64,000 nt of DNA. Origin: a virus. Taxonomy: Duplodnaviria > Heunggongvirae > Uroviricota > Caudoviricetes. The notes below the pieces were generated by a model, which was given only the letters and a program-made list of their open reading frames with translations, had not been told where the DNA came from and ran no database searches. Numbering within the stretch: position 1 is the stretch's first letter; every line of letters begins with the position of its first letter. The stretch spans positions 43,413 through 107,412 of IMG/VR virus record IMGVR_UViG_3300048854_000273. One strand, given 5' to 3'. Below, piece after piece: positions 17,002 through 26,581 of this stretch. A program made the translations under genes and the position numbers.

Positions 17002-17345
17002 GGCTTGTGCTCTGAGATCGAGTCGATTCGGTGGCTGACACTGACGGGCAACTCGGCCATCGTTGTCGCCTTCTTGCGGCCGCGCGGTTTAGGCGACTGC
17101 TTTTCTGGCATCGCCATGCTCACCGCGACACGCGCCTCAAGTGCTTTCGACCTGTGATAGTCCCGCGCGCCGTCATGGTCGTAAGGGAACAGGGTGTAGA
17201 GCGTGTTCGGGTCCGGCAGCAGGGCGACGTCGAGGACTAGGGTCATCGAGCCGTTCTCGTTGCACCAGAGTGCGCCGATCTTGCCCGAGCGCGCTTCCGT
17301 CACCTTGTTGAGCGCTTTGAGGATGAAGTCGGGGCTGCGGCTCAC
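16998..17345 (-). CDS. hypothetical protein (115 aa)
   Basis: ORF. Confidence 0.45.
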   Translation of the reverse strand: MSRSPDFILKALNKVTEARSGKIGALWCNENGSMTLVLDVALLPDPNTLYTLFPYDHDGARDYHRSKALEARVAVSMAMPEKQSPKPRGRKKATTMAELPVSVSHRIDSISEHKP

Positions 17346-17599
17346 AGCTTCGGCTCCCGCGCACGCATCATGGCGTCCGCCATCCGGTAGGCGAGCGCCG
17401 CGTATTCATCGACGTTCAGGGCGCTTCCCGGCAGCGTTCCGGTGATTGCCGCAATCGCGAACTTGTCGCGCAGCTTCTGGCGGGCGTCGAGCAGGTCACG
17501 AGTGGCGTGCATGTTCTCGCGCACGTATTCCACCGCGTCGCGGGTGTTGCAGCCGGCATTAATCAGCAGGTTCTTGACCTGAGTGTGGTCGAGTGGCAT
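17342..17599 (-). CDS. hypothetical protein (start taken at MPLDHTQ)
   Basis: ORF; N-terminal extension in the track is Gly/Arg-rich. Confidence 0.4.
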   Translation of the reverse strand: MPLDHTQVKNLLINAGCNTRDAVEYVRENMHATRDLLDARQKLRDKFAIAAITGTLPGSALNVDEYAALAYRMADAMMRAREPKL

Positions 17600-17904
17600 C
17601 AGTCCTCTCCCCGGTTTTTGCGATCCTCGTCGTCCAGGTCCACGTCCAGCACATTCCACAGTTCGACCGAGCACTCCTCGATCTCTAAACCCGCCGGCGA
17701 TACTCCAGGGTCCAGCAGTTGCTGGATGCAGTTTTCGAAATTGGGGCTACCATCTTCTTCCGTCAGATCCTCGCGCGCCGCTGGCTCATTCACGTAGAAC
17801 GGCCGACCATCGGGCCCAGGCAGCATCGCGCTTGCGACGGCCGCCTCCAGCATTGCCTTCTCGTCGACCACCTTGACGGTCATCGTTATGTCGAACGTCC
17901 GCAT
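17599..17904 (-). CDS. hypothetical acidic protein (101 aa)
   Basis: ORF. Confidence 0.45.
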   Translation of the reverse strand: MRTFDITMTVKVVDEKAMLEAAVASAMLPGPDGRPFYVNEPAAREDLTEEDGSPNFENCIQQLLDPGVSPAGLEIEECSVELWNVLDVDLDDEDRKNRGED

Positions 17905-17922
17905 TCACTCCTCCATTGAAAA

Positions 17923-17991
17923 CTCATGGCTGGCGTCTACCGTTTCGCCACCGACAGACGCCAGCCATGAGGGCACTGCCGAAGCAGTGCC
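17923..17991 (-). promoter_or_regulatory. tandem hairpins: 16-bp stem CTCATGGCTGGCGTCT/AGACGCCAGCCATGAG then GGCACTG/CAGTGCC
   Basis: between genes 18001..18519 and 17599..17904; on the minus transcript the large hairpin is followed by UUUU. Confidence 0.45.
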
Positions 17992-18000
17992 GGTCCCGAG

Positions 18001-18519
18001 TTAGTGAGTGGTCGGATGGGTCTTGCCCGCGTGCTCGCGGATCGCGTTGAAGATCGCCTCAGCGAACTCTTCCGGGCTGGCATCGGCCCGCATGCTGATG
18101 CTGCCGATCGGCACGAACTTGAAGCCAAGCGTTTCGTGCGAGCTTGCCGGCTGCTCGGCCATGCCCTTCAGTTCCGCGAAGCCGGCCTCGTCGCGCTGCT
18201 CGGAGAATGAGCGCACGGCCGCCTCCTGGTTAGCGCGACGCTCGTTGAGGAATTCCTGGATGGTCTGCGGGCTCGGCGCGGGATTGACTGGCTCGCGGCT
18301 AGTCATCTCCAGGCGTTCGACTTCGATGCCCAACGCCTCACGCACGGATGCATCAATAGTGCCCACCCCTTCAGCCAGCATGGCGATGTGTTGGAGCGAC
18401 AGCGTGGCCTTGCCAGTCATCACGGCTTCGAGCGCGAGCGACGCAACGACGCCGTTCAGGCTTTTCGTGGCTACGCTCAGGTTCGTCAGGATGGGCGCGT
18501 TCGAGATCGTTTTGCTCAT
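18001..18519 (-). CDS. hypothetical protein (172 aa)
   Basis: ORF. Confidence 0.5.
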   Translation of the reverse strand: MSKTISNAPILTNLSVATKSLNGVVASLALEAVMTGKATLSLQHIAMLAEGVGTIDASVREALGIEVERLEMTSREPVNPAPSPQTIQEFLNERRANQEAAVRSFSEQRDEAGFAELKGMAEQPASSHETLGFKFVPIGSISMRADASPEEFAEAIFNAIREHAGKTHPTTH

Positions 18520-18605
18520 GTGGTGGTGCTCCTTGTAAGTTGCGCTTCGTTGCGCGGTTTCGATATGTGTATTGTCGCGAGCAGTTCGCGGGGTTAGTCG
18601 GTGGG

Positions 18606-18803
18606 TTAGTCGGTTCCCGACGCGTTACCCTTGCTCGACGGCGACAGGACGTAGCCGCCTCGCCGATCCTTTGCCTCCATAGCTTCTGCAAGGCTGGCGA
18701 ACCGCTCGACGCAGGCGTGGTGATCCAGGCCATCCTCGACGAGCGTCCACTTCGTTTCGTGCCAGAGCCGGACAGGCGCCTGTTGCTGGTGCCAAGTGCT
18801 CAT
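18606..18803 (-). CDS. small hypothetical protein (start taken at MSTWHQQQ)
   Basis: ORF. Confidence 0.35.
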   Translation of the reverse strand: MSTWHQQQAPVRLWHETKWTLVEDGLDHHACVERFASLAEAMEAKDRRGGYVLSPSSKGNASGTD

Positions 18804-19087
18804 TGCGCCGCCATGAAGACCCACCAGTTGCCTTCTTCCTTCGTGATGCCGTAGGCAGTGGCGTCCTGGATATTGCTGAAGGGGCCGATGACCTCAAAGC
18901 CTTCGAGGATGGGATCGCCGCGCAGCAGGAAGGCGCGGCCGTCGCGGTCCTCGATGCCGCCTTCCGGCGTGGCGATTTCAATGACCTCCGGGCCATCGAT
19001 CCCGTCCTTCTCGGCGTGGGCGATCGGCCCAGTGATGGTGAAGCCGCCGCTGAAGGTGCCTTCAACGATTAGGTAAAGTTTTTCCAT
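18800..19087 (-). CDS. hypothetical protein (95 aa)
   Basis: ORF. Confidence 0.45.
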   Translation of the reverse strand: MEKLYLIVEGTFSGGFTITGPIAHAEKDGIDGPEVIEIATPEGGIEDRDGRAFLLRGDPILEGFEVIGPFSNIQDATAYGITKEEGNWWVFMAAQ

Positions 19088-19182
19088 GACTGCCTCTGTT
19101 ATTCATCAAACCACTCGATCTGACACCACAGGACTTCCGCCAAAGTGATGAACACCACCTCGTCAGTCTCCCGCCCGCGTTC

Positions 19183-19347
19183 CTAGACGACCAGCCCAAT
19201 GCCGCCGTCGACCAACGCCGTTGCGTGGTCGCTCAACACGGTGCCCACGATCTTGCGACCGTAGCGGATGGTGACATTCAAGCAGAACGCCCGGTCGGCG
19301 TTGCCTTCACGCTCCGTATGCCGCAAGGCGGCGAGGACTGCGCTCAT
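19183..19347 (-). CDS. small protein (54 aa), not in ORF track
   Basis: MSAVLAALRHTEREGNADRAFCLNVTIRYGRKIVGTVLSDHATALVDGGIGLVV; GAGGT RBS 5 nt upstream. Confidence 0.35.
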   Translation of the reverse strand: MSAVLAALRHTEREGNADRAFCLNVTIRYGRKIVGTVLSDHATALVDGGIGLVV

Positions 19348-19417
19348 TTCTACCTCTACGTGTTATTTTCGACATATTTATTTGTCGTAACGAATGTGGA
19401 ATGGATGCGGGAATAAT

Positions 19418-19431
19418 ACTCAGTTTTTACT
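19418..19431 (+). promoter_or_regulatory. motif ACTCAGTTTTTACT
   Basis: AT-rich divergent region 19350-19630. Confidence 0.5.
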
Positions 19432-19540
19432 ATTCTTAGCAAGAGCATAGGCCATCTTATCTTTCGAAATCATGCAGTTTTGTTGCCTTTAAGCTGAACA
19501 CCGTGGTCCCGCTTGGTGCGACGATCTTCGCACGCTAGTG

Positions 19541-19554
19541 TGTCAGTATTGACT
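19541..19554 (+). promoter_or_regulatory. motif TGTCAGTATTGACT
   Basis: 76 nt upstream of the (+) ATG at 19631. Confidence 0.5.
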
Positions 19555-19630
19555 GATCGATAATTTGCGCATACCGATCATTCTGTGATACGTCCTCCCT
19601 GCTACACTTCGGTTTTCCGAGGAGGATGTA

Positions 19631-19942
19631 ATGAGCTGGAACATTTATAAGATTGCACGGCCGTCCAACGAGCTTAATTGGCTGCGCACGTCGACAGAGG
19701 TGATTGAACGCGCAGCCGCGGATCGCGATTTTCTGGTTGCGATTGTTGAGGCTGAGTTGGATGCAGCATTTGCTGCTGCTAAAGAGGCAGGTTGGGACGG
19801 ACAAATGGACGAGGAGCCTCACGCCTTCGTGCTTCCCGCGTCGGACGAGTTCAGGTTTGGTTTTGTATGGACCTGCACAGATATCGAGCGACCGCTGATC
19901 GTGGCTTCGCCACTCCCCCTTCCCTGGCTGGAGAATCTCTAA
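19631..19942 (+). CDS. hypothetical protein (103 aa); paralog of next gene
   Basis: MSWNIYKIARP... vs MAWHIYRMPLG...; GAGGAGGA RBS. Confidence 0.5.
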   Translation: MSWNIYKIARPSNELNWLRTSTEVIERAAADRDFLVAIVEAELDAAFAAAKEAGWDGQMDEEPHAFVLPASDEFRFGFVWTCTDIERPLIVASPLPLPWLENL

Positions 19943-20235
19943 TGGCGTGGCACATTTATCGCATGCCATTGGGCGCGTTCACGCAGGTTGTGGGCGCTTA
20001 TCAAGGCGCCTGGTCGCCGCCCCTGCAGGATACGTTTGAGCAGGCCATTGTCGCGGCGTCGCACCACCACGTGGAAGTTGATCCGAGTGCCAACGCGCAG
20101 ATCGTTCCAGTGGTTGATCTGGATGACAGCCGATTGACCATGTTTGTCACGACCGACACCAAGGGTCGCCAAGTCATGATGTCGGAGAACGATTTGCCCT
20201 CTTTCGCTGCTTTCAAGGTTGGCGTGTCGTTCTGA
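19942..20235 (+). CDS. hypothetical protein (97 aa); TAATG coupling to previous gene
   Basis: start taken at MAWHIYRM. Confidence 0.5.
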   Translation: MAWHIYRMPLGAFTQVVGAYQGAWSPPLQDTFEQAIVAASHHHVEVDPSANAQIVPVVDLDDSRLTMFVTTDTKGRQVMMSENDLPSFAAFKVGVSF

Positions 20236-20253
20236 CCTAGGCCGGCGCTGTGC

Positions 20254-20281
20254 AAAAAAAAAGGGGCGACCGAAGTCGCCC
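20254..20281 (-). terminator. hairpin GGGCGAC-cgaa-GTCGCCC with A9/U9 run (minus-strand terminator)
   Basis: A9 at 20254-20262 then stem 20264-20281. Confidence 0.5.
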
Positions 20282-20346
20282 TAAACGTAAAACACACACT
20301 TCGGAGTTGCAACCTGCGGACGCCAACTCCTACGCCTTATGTCCTG

Positions 20347-20688
20347 TTACCAGCGCACACCCGTCGGCGTGCTGGGTTTGTCACCACCCACAACCGCAAC
20401 CGCCTCCGGGGTAAGCAGGCTCGGCGCCACGCGCCACTTTGCCGTCTCAAGCTGATTGCCGTCCGGGCCAATCTCGGTGCAGTTGGCGGTTTTGACGTTG
20501 ATCTTGTCCACGACCACCATCACCTTGCGGCCGTTGCGATTCACGAACCAGGCCTTGCCACCGATCCGCAGCCGTGAGCCCGCCTCCATCTGCTTCTGGG
20601 ACTGGCGGTAGCGCAACACGGACACGATGTGGGTATTCATGTCGCGAAGGGTTTCGGTCGAGAGGGCGTTGAGTTTCGAAAGATCCAT
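20347..20688 (-). CDS. hypothetical protein (start taken at MDLSKLNAL)
   Basis: ORF; direct repeat CCGGCTGTCA x2 at 20723-20746 upstream. Confidence 0.45.
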   Translation of the reverse strand: MDLSKLNALSTETLRDMNTHIVSVLRYRQSQKQMEAGSRLRIGGKAWFVNRNGRKVMVVVDKINVKTANCTEIGPDGNQLETAKWRVAPSLLTPEAVAVVGGDKPSTPTGVRW

Positions 20689-20781
20689 GATTGCCTCGAA
20701 AAGCGATTGTTCAATATGGAAGCCGGCTGTCAACAACCGGCTGTCAGATTGAGGGAGGGCTTGCGCCCTCCACCCACCGCA

Positions 20782-21747
20782 TTAGAGGCCGAGTTCCAAC
20801 TTCGCCTTTGCGAGAATCAGGCTGTCCGGGTTCGCGATCATGCGGCCCTTCTCGCGCTTGGTGACCCGCAGCATCGGCAGGAGCATGAACATCTGGTTGG
20901 CTTGCGAGGCAGCCGTGCCCTTGCTATACGGCTTGGCAAGCAGGTTCTGCTGCAGGTTGCCCTTCTCACCCGACGTGATCTCTCCGTCCTTCGCCAGCAC
21001 CTCGAACGTGCGCTTCATCACCTCGTTAAGCGATCCGCCGTTCTTCAGCCAGCCGAACAGTTGCACGGCCTTCTCCGACACCTTCTTGGCGAGACCGTCG
21101 ATCTCGGCAAGCACCGCGTCCTGCTTCGCCTTCAGTGCTGCTTCGTCGAGCTCCGCGTCGGCCAGCTCCAGCACCAAGAACTCGCTGGCCTTCTCGCCCA
21201 GCTTCGAGGCAACCTTCTGCGACTTGGAGAGCACGACGTGACGCTCGCTCGGGTCAGCTTTCGGGCGGCCTTTGCCCTTCTTTTCGCCCGCCTCGCTGGC
21301 TTCGCTCGGCTTGTCGGCTTCGCTGCCCGACGCATGAGCGCCCTGTTCCGCATACGCTTTCGCGGTGGCTTCGGCAATCGCCGCTTGAAGCGCGACGTCA
21401 TCGAAGTCGGCATCCGGGATCGGGCGGTGCTTCACTGGCGCGGCGTCGACCGGGGTGGCGTCAGTCGGCGCGACTTCTACCGGCAGCTCGGCAAGCGCCG
21501 CGTCCAGCTCGGCTTCAACGGCAATCTCTGCGGCTGCGGCTTCGACGACAGGCTCGATGGCGGCTTCAATTGCCGGCTCGATGATCGCCTCTTCCAGAAT
21601 CTCGTCGGGTGCTGCGCCGATCGTCACTTCACCGCCGTCGTCCAGCTCCAGCAGCAGATCGTTCAGAACTGCGTTTTCATCCACCGTGCCGGCGCTCAGC
21701 GCTTCCACGACCGTTGCCATCTTCACTGCATTGGTTTTGCGTGCCAT
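20782..21747 (-). CDS. hypothetical protein with Ala/Glu-rich acidic N-terminal half (start taken at MARKTNAVKM)
   Basis: ORF. Confidence 0.5.
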   Translation of the reverse strand: MARKTNAVKMATVVEALSAGTVDENAVLNDLLLELDDGGEVTIGAAPDEILEEAIIEPAIEAAIEPVVEAAAAEIAVEAELDAALAELPVEVAPTDATPVDAAPVKHRPIPDADFDDVALQAAIAEATAKAYAEQGAHASGSEADKPSEASEAGEKKGKGRPKADPSERHVVLSKSQKVASKLGEKASEFLVLELADAELDEAALKAKQDAVLAEIDGLAKKVSEKAVQLFGWLKNGGSLNEVMKRTFEVLAKDGEITSGEKGNLQQNLLAKPYSKGTAASQANQMFMLLPMLRVTKREKGRMIANPDSLILAKAKLELGL

Positions 21748-22048
21748 TTTTGAATCTCCGAATGTATGAAAAAAGTGTGTTATCGCTGCAACGTTTCTAA
21801 TGCTACGGATCAATCAGAGGATTTAAAACTGACTGCTTAAAAGTTCCCGCTGACCGTCTTTTGCTGCTGTCTCGCGTTCGTTGCTGCGATGTATGAATAT
21901 TAAAGATTGACTGTTGGAGTCGTGGTGGGCAACGGCAAGGAAATGCAGGCGCTTTTCGGTGAATGAGCGAGCGCGTGCGGCGCGCGCGAATAGCACGCGT
22001 GGTGAGGGGTGTGGTCAGGCTAGAATGGGCGCTTTTAAGGAGACCAAG

Positions 22049-22279
22049 ATGAAATACAACTACACCTTTTTCCTTCGGAAGAACCCCGGAGTCGATCAAG
22101 AGATTTGCTCAGTTGACACGCCGGCGCCGCTGCCTCATTTGGCGGTGGGTCAAAAGGTTCTGATCGGGCCGGACGACGTCAATCTGGGTTTCTACATGGT
22201 TCGAGAAATCATGACGGTCACCTACCCCGGCGCCGACGCTATTGGCGCTAGCGTAATGGTCGACGAGGCGTTGAAATAA
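22049..22279 (+). CDS. small protein in a low-GC island (76 aa)
   Basis: AAGGAG RBS; followed by a terminator-like hairpin. Confidence 0.5.
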   Translation: MKYNYTFFLRKNPGVDQEICSVDTPAPLPHLAVGQKVLIGPDDVNLGFYMVREIMTVTYPGADAIGASVMVDEALK

Positions 22280-22302
22280 AAAAGCGCCCGAAGGCGCCTT
22301 TA
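22277..22302 (+). terminator. hairpin GCGCC-cgaa-GGCGC flanked by an A-run and CTTT
   Basis: read directly. Confidence 0.45.
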
Positions 22303-22303
22303 G

Positions 22304-23218
22304 TTACTGCAGCCCGATCGCCTTTCGGTAGGCGATCAGATCGAGGGGTTTGCGGCCAACGTCCTTGGCCTTCTCGTAGCGCAGGTCCGGGTTCTTGAGC
22401 CACGCCTCGACGACGCCCAGGACCACGTCACGGATTTTCTTCTGTGACGTGCCGTTACCCCAGCCGTCCTGCTTCATCACCAGCAGCCACTGCGCGAGCC
22501 CTTCGACCGCGTCATAGCCGCTCTCGCCCTTGGTGCCGCGGCCCTCGACGAACGCTCGCCAGAACCCAAGCACCGGCTCGCCATGCTTGCGATACGTGAT
22601 CAGGAAGATGGACGTAACCGGGTTGATAAACTGCGTGCGCTTCACGTCCAGCTCGTCCAGCGCCATTAGCTCCGTCGCCCAGAAGCCTGCGCGCTCACCT
22701 CGGTCGGTGATGGCCGCGGGTGTGATCGGCGTGAGTGCGGCCGAGAACCGCATGTCCTTGCAGTAGCTGGACTGGAACTCGAGCCCGAGCATGCGGCACG
22801 CGCCATAGACCTTGTCCGTTACAGTCTCCACAGCTGCCGCGCTGTCGTAGAACGAGTAGAGGGTGCGGGCGTGGGCCAGGTTCTCCACTTTGTGGACCGT
22901 GACTAGCAGCTTGTCTGGTGCCGGCGCGCGTCCCTCACGCCAGAGCAGATCGCGGCTGTGGCCGTTGATCTTGACGAGCGATCCGTCCGGCAGGCGTGCG
23001 GCGTGGACCTCGCGGTGCGGCGAAGCGTAGGTCTGCATGTGCCTCTCGATCCGACCTGCATGCTTCTCTGTGTCACGCTGGACGTCGATCGCCGCGACGG
23101 TTGCCCATTCGGCGGGCGTCATCAGCAGGATTTCCAGATCCTCGGGGATCGCATTACTGTGGAGTTTTACGCCAGCCGACGTCGGCTGCACTGAAACTAG
23201 GGTGTGCTTAATGTTCAT
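22304..23218 (-). CDS. hypothetical protein (304 aa)
   Basis: ORF with coding-like composition. Confidence 0.5.
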   Translation of the reverse strand: MNIKHTLVSVQPTSAGVKLHSNAIPEDLEILLMTPAEWATVAAIDVQRDTEKHAGRIERHMQTYASPHREVHAARLPDGSLVKINGHSRDLLWREGRAPAPDKLLVTVHKVENLAHARTLYSFYDSAAAVETVTDKVYGACRMLGLEFQSSYCKDMRFSAALTPITPAAITDRGERAGFWATELMALDELDVKRTQFINPVTSIFLITYRKHGEPVLGFWRAFVEGRGTKGESGYDAVEGLAQWLLVMKQDGWGNGTSQKKIRDVVLGVVEAWLKNPDLRYEKAKDVGRKPLDLIAYRKAIGLQ

Positions 23219-23374
23219 TGGATAGTCCTCAAATGGCCTAATCGGCCTGCACGCGCGGCCGCATAGAAAGTGTAGTGGCCTTGGGATTTAAGACTACCAG
23301 GATCGTGGCACAAAGGCACGCCATACAAAGGGAAAAGGCCGAGGGGTAACGCCAAGGACGGCCGAGGGAGCAGC

Positions 23375-23412
23375 CTTAAAACCCGATAGAAGTGTCGGCC
23401 GCCGCTCCCGTT
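23375..23412. repeat. copy of CCTTAAAA..GTGTCGGCCGCCGCTCCCGTT element (compare 12123-12162)
   Basis: read directly; non-coding stretch 23220-23430. Confidence 0.5.
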
Positions 23413-23431
23413 TCCAGGAGCAGCGTTGACA

Positions 23432-23620
23432 TTATCCTTCCGACTTCATGTGGCCGTTCTCGATCAGCCACTCTTCAATGTCGCCCTCCGCCGTCGAACA
23501 GGCGCGCCGATAGGAGGCGAACGAGTCGTCTCCAAAGCGGCGCGTGTGCATCAGATTGCTCTTGAGCCGCTTCAGGAGCTCGACGGCGCTTTTTTTGAGT
23601 TCGTCGTCCGGCATCACCAA
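23432..23620 (-). CDS. small hypothetical protein
   Basis: ORF. Confidence 0.4.
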   Translation of the reverse strand: MVMPDDELKKSAVELLKRLKSNLMHTRRFGDDSFASYRRACSTAEGDIEEWLIENGHMKSEG

Positions 23621-24063
23621 GCTCCTACATCGTCGTCCACTTCAGTGGTCGGCCGGTTCGGGTCATCCGGCACCGCCGGCACCAAGACGTTGCCCTCCTC
23701 GACCAGCTCCTCCTCGCCGGTGACGCCGTTCGTCTCCATGTGGCTTTCGGTCCAGTCGACGAGGAACTTCTCGTATGCCTTCAGCGCTTCGCTCTCTTCC
23801 GAGAACGTCTTGCCGTGCATGATCGGGTCTTCACGCGTGACGCCTGAGCTGTCGTAGTTCCAGACACTGATCATGAAAAGTGCCCACGTGTCGCGCCACG
23901 AATTAGTCGGGTCCGTGACACGGCCAGTCCATTCCAGCGTCACGCGCACGCTGCCGTTGTCGAACTCCTTGAGCATCGTGTAGGCCGCGTCTGCACGCTT
24001 TGCCTTCCACAGATCCTTCGAAATCGCGTCGCCTTCGCGATCGTAGTAGCCAATCTTTGCCAT
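23614..24063 (-). CDS. hypothetical protein, C-terminus ...DDDVGAW
   Basis: ORF. Confidence 0.45.
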   Translation of the reverse strand: MAKIGYYDREGDAISKDLWKAKRADAAYTMLKEFDNGSVRVTLEWTGRVTDPTNSWRDTWALFMISVWNYDSSGVTREDPIMHGKTFSEESEALKAYEKFLVDWTESHMETNGVTGEEELVEEGNVLVPAVPDDPNRPTTEVDDDVGAW

Positions 24064-24064
24064 C

Positions 24065-24379
24065 TCAGTCCTGTTCCTTTAGCCAGTTAAATCGCGTCGG
24101 CTTGCCGGCCAGAATCGCCTCGAATTCGCCAATGTCATCCCACCAGGAATGCATCGAGCCAACCTTTCCGGCATGCTGCCGCATCATCTTCGTGGCTGCC
24201 TTCAACGCGTTCTGCAGGCGCAGCACGTGGTCGTAGGCCGCGACGCGTTCAAGCGGCAGATCGTGGCGTTCCAGCAGCACGCGGGCGCGGCGCACCTGAT
24301 CCGCGTGGTTCGCCTTCCAATGATCGCGCTCCTTTATGAGCGAAACGACCCGCTGCTCTAGCTCCTCGATCCGGTTCAT
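24065..24379 (-). CDS. hypothetical protein (start taken at MNRIEELEQ)
   Basis: ORF. Confidence 0.45.
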   Translation of the reverse strand: MNRIEELEQRVVSLIKERDHWKANHADQVRRARVLLERHDLPLERVAAYDHVLRLQNALKAATKMMRQHAGKVGSMHSWWDDIGEFEAILAGKPTRFNWLKEQD

Positions 24380-24469
24380 CACTCCACCCCAAGATACTGG
24401 GCCGACAGGCGGAGGACTTCCTCCGTTGACAGTTCCGTGTGCTGCATGCAGGCGTCCGCAGGCGCTTCG
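24380..24469 (-). CDS. possible tiny Cys-containing ORF (coordinates approximate)
   Basis: MFFEAPADACMQHTELSTEEVLRLSAQYLGVE; TGATG coupling to the downstream gene; weak RBS. Confidence 0.2.
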
Positions 24470-24548
24470 AAGAACATTTCGCAATGTCCCGGCTCCGCCT
24501 GTCTCGCGCGGCGATAGCCACACGTGCTGCAATTATTTGGATTGGTTT

Positions 24549-24770
24549 TCAAATGACCTCCACTGTTGCTACTGCTGTTTTTTGAATAAAGACCTGTCGC
24601 GCTTTGCCGCCGCCGACGGTCGTGCAGGCGACTTCCATCATCAGGCAGTCACCGCAGTCCTGTTCGAGCTTGCCGAGCAGCTTTTCGCCGCTGAACAGTT
24701 GGATATGCAGGCGGGGCTTCTGCCCGACCGGCACGCGGGCATACCGGAGCGCGAGGCTGACTGCGTTCAA
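24549..24770 (-). CDS. small hypothetical protein
   Basis: ORF. Confidence 0.4.
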   Translation of the reverse strand: MNAVSLALRYARVPVGQKPRLHIQLFSGEKLLGKLEQDCGDCLMMEVACTTVGGGKARQVFIQKTAVATVEVI

Positions 24771-25162
24771 AGCCCCTCCTCGCTGATTGCGGCGTTGATC
24801 GCGGCCGCATACCCACCGCTTGCGATGACAAGCGCCGCGTCCTTGCGGAATCCGCCGCGCGGAACCACAGGAGCCGCAGTCGGCGCCTCGATCACTTCGA
24901 ACTCGTGCGCCGCCGTGCTTCCTTCATTCGAGCGGAAGCGGGTGAGGCTGATCACACGCAGGGTCTGCCGGTAATAGCCGAGCGGCAGCGCCTCGAGCCA
25001 GGCTTCAATCTGCTCCTCAGTGGCACTGGTGCGCGCCGCGTTGAGGACCGGGTTCATGATCCGGTCCATCGTTCTGAAAAGATCCTCGCGCTCCTCAAAG
25101 GACTTGAACTGGAGCTGCTCGGTCGAGAGATGGACGACACGGAGTTGCGGAAGCGTCAGCAT
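24767..25162 (-). CDS. hypothetical protein (start taken at MLTLPQL)
   Basis: ORF. Confidence 0.45.
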   Translation of the reverse strand: MLTLPQLRVVHLSTEQLQFKSFEEREDLFRTMDRIMNPVLNAARTSATEEQIEAWLEALPLGYYRQTLRVISLTRFRSNEGSTAAHEFEVIEAPTAAPVVPRGGFRKDAALVIASGGYAAAINAAISEEGL

Positions 25163-25164
25163 GC

Positions 25165-25635
25165 TCACTCCCCCGAGACCGGAAAATGCCACGCGCCAGA
25201 GTGTTCGGTGGCGGGATTCGGGTAGTTCTTCGTGGTCAGCAGTTTGCGCATCCGGTCGGCGAACTCGTCAAGGCTACGAGCGCCGCACCCCAAGCCAGAA
25301 AGGTGGTCGAAATCGCTCTGGATCACACGGGCAAGACCCGGTTCCAGTCCGGTCATGGCGTGGAAATTCTCGCGTCCGATAACTCGCGCCAAGTCAGCGG
25401 TATCGCCGCCTAGCTTGCGACGCGATGCAACATGGTCCAGTTGCTCGTCCGTGAAGAAAGTGCCGATTGCGCACATGCAGGAAGTGCCGTCCCGGCGCTT
25501 GCAGCGATATGTGGCATGTGCAGCCGCACTGATCCGACCGGTGTCCAGATCCTGCAGGATCTTTTTGATGGCGTCGTGCTTCGTGGCCGGCACGATGTGA
25601 CCGTTGATGTTGATGACGTTGTAAGCGCGGGGCAT
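25165..25635 (-). CDS. hypothetical protein (start taken at MPRAYNV)
   Basis: ORF. Confidence 0.45.
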   Translation of the reverse strand: MPRAYNVININGHIVPATKHDAIKKILQDLDTGRISAAAHATYRCKRRDGTSCMCAIGTFFTDEQLDHVASRRKLGGDTADLARVIGRENFHAMTGLEPGLARVIQSDFDHLSGLGCGARSLDEFADRMRKLLTTKNYPNPATEHSGAWHFPVSGE

Positions 25636-25859
25636 GTGCCTCTCCGTGTTTGATTGCGTTGATGTAATTGTCTCGACCCGACGATGGGGAAACTGCGGGA
25701 ACACGCGCTCCCGGAATGGGTTGCCGCTTACTGCAATCTGTTCGTGTAGCGAGCGATCGACAGGTCGTTTTGGGTCTTCATGTCGGCGATCGGATCGGAG
25801 ATCACCAGCGAGCCATCTGAGGGGCGCACCATCAGGTTTGCGCTGTGAATGTCCAACGC

Positions 25860-26369
25860 TCAGCCAGCATCGATCCTGTGGACGAAGTCGTGCAGATCGC
25901 CAAAGGCGAATTGCAGTGAATCAGGCAGGCTCTCGTCCTGCGACAGCTCCTCGATTGCAAGACACAGAGCTTGGCGCGTGCTGACGCCACCGAATGAGCG
26001 GGTCATCATGTGATGTGACGTATGCTTCGTGGTGCGCTTGGCAATTTTTCGGGCAAGGCTGCGCAGCTCTCCCGTTTTCGGCAGCTTCTCCAGCTTCTCG
26101 CACTCGAACAGATAAAGCGGCTCGCCCCAGACCTCGCCCACCTCACCGTGGTTGTAGACCATGCGGGTGAAGTGATCGCCCTTCAGCCCCATCACGACGT
26201 CGCAGGCCATCGAATAGGCGTGCTTGTCGAGCGTGAGCTTGAGGACGGTTTTGTCGTTGTCGAATACAGCCGAAAATGCACCGCGCGCCATGACCTTTTT
26301 ACCGATGATTGCTTCGTGTTGGCGGGCAGCCTTGACGCCCGCATCGCTCAAACGTAGAGCCTTAAACAT
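25860..26369 (-). CDS. hypothetical protein (169 aa)
   Basis: GGAGGTG RBS; motif 27 nt upstream. Confidence 0.5.
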   Translation of the reverse strand: MFKALRLSDAGVKAARQHEAIIGKKVMARGAFSAVFDNDKTVLKLTLDKHAYSMACDVVMGLKGDHFTRMVYNHGEVGEVWGEPLYLFECEKLEKLPKTGELRSLARKIAKRTTKHTSHHMMTRSFGGVSTRQALCLAIEELSQDESLPDSLQFAFGDLHDFVHRIDAG

Positions 26370-26396
26370 TGCACCTCCAGAACGACTTGCTTAGAT

Positions 26397-26410
26397 AGTC
26401 AATTGTGACT
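26397..26410 (+). promoter_or_regulatory. motif AGTCAATTGTGACT
   Basis: 27 nt upstream of ATG 26369. Confidence 0.55.
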
Positions 26411-26429
26411 GTCTGAGTCTGGATAGTAT

Positions 26430-26443
26430 AGTCAGTTTTTACT
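26430..26443 (+). promoter_or_regulatory. motif AGTCAGTTTTTACT
   Basis: second copy in the same divergent region. Confidence 0.55.
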
Positions 26444-26581
26444 ATCATTAAACACGGTTTTTCGCGCGCCGTTGCTCTGCTGCGACTACTGACGTCAACC
26501 GCTTGATGTGGCGGGCTTAGAACGCGCTATGATCGCGCTCCAGAGACCGTGAAATTATCAAAACAGAGCATCGGGGAAAAT

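Noticed and set aside
25860-26369. Protein-kinase-like call for the 169-aa protein (GKKV..AVF, HRID)
   Set aside because: The HRID-like motif sits at the extreme C-terminus with no activation segment. The similarity to kinase subdomains is too fragmentary.
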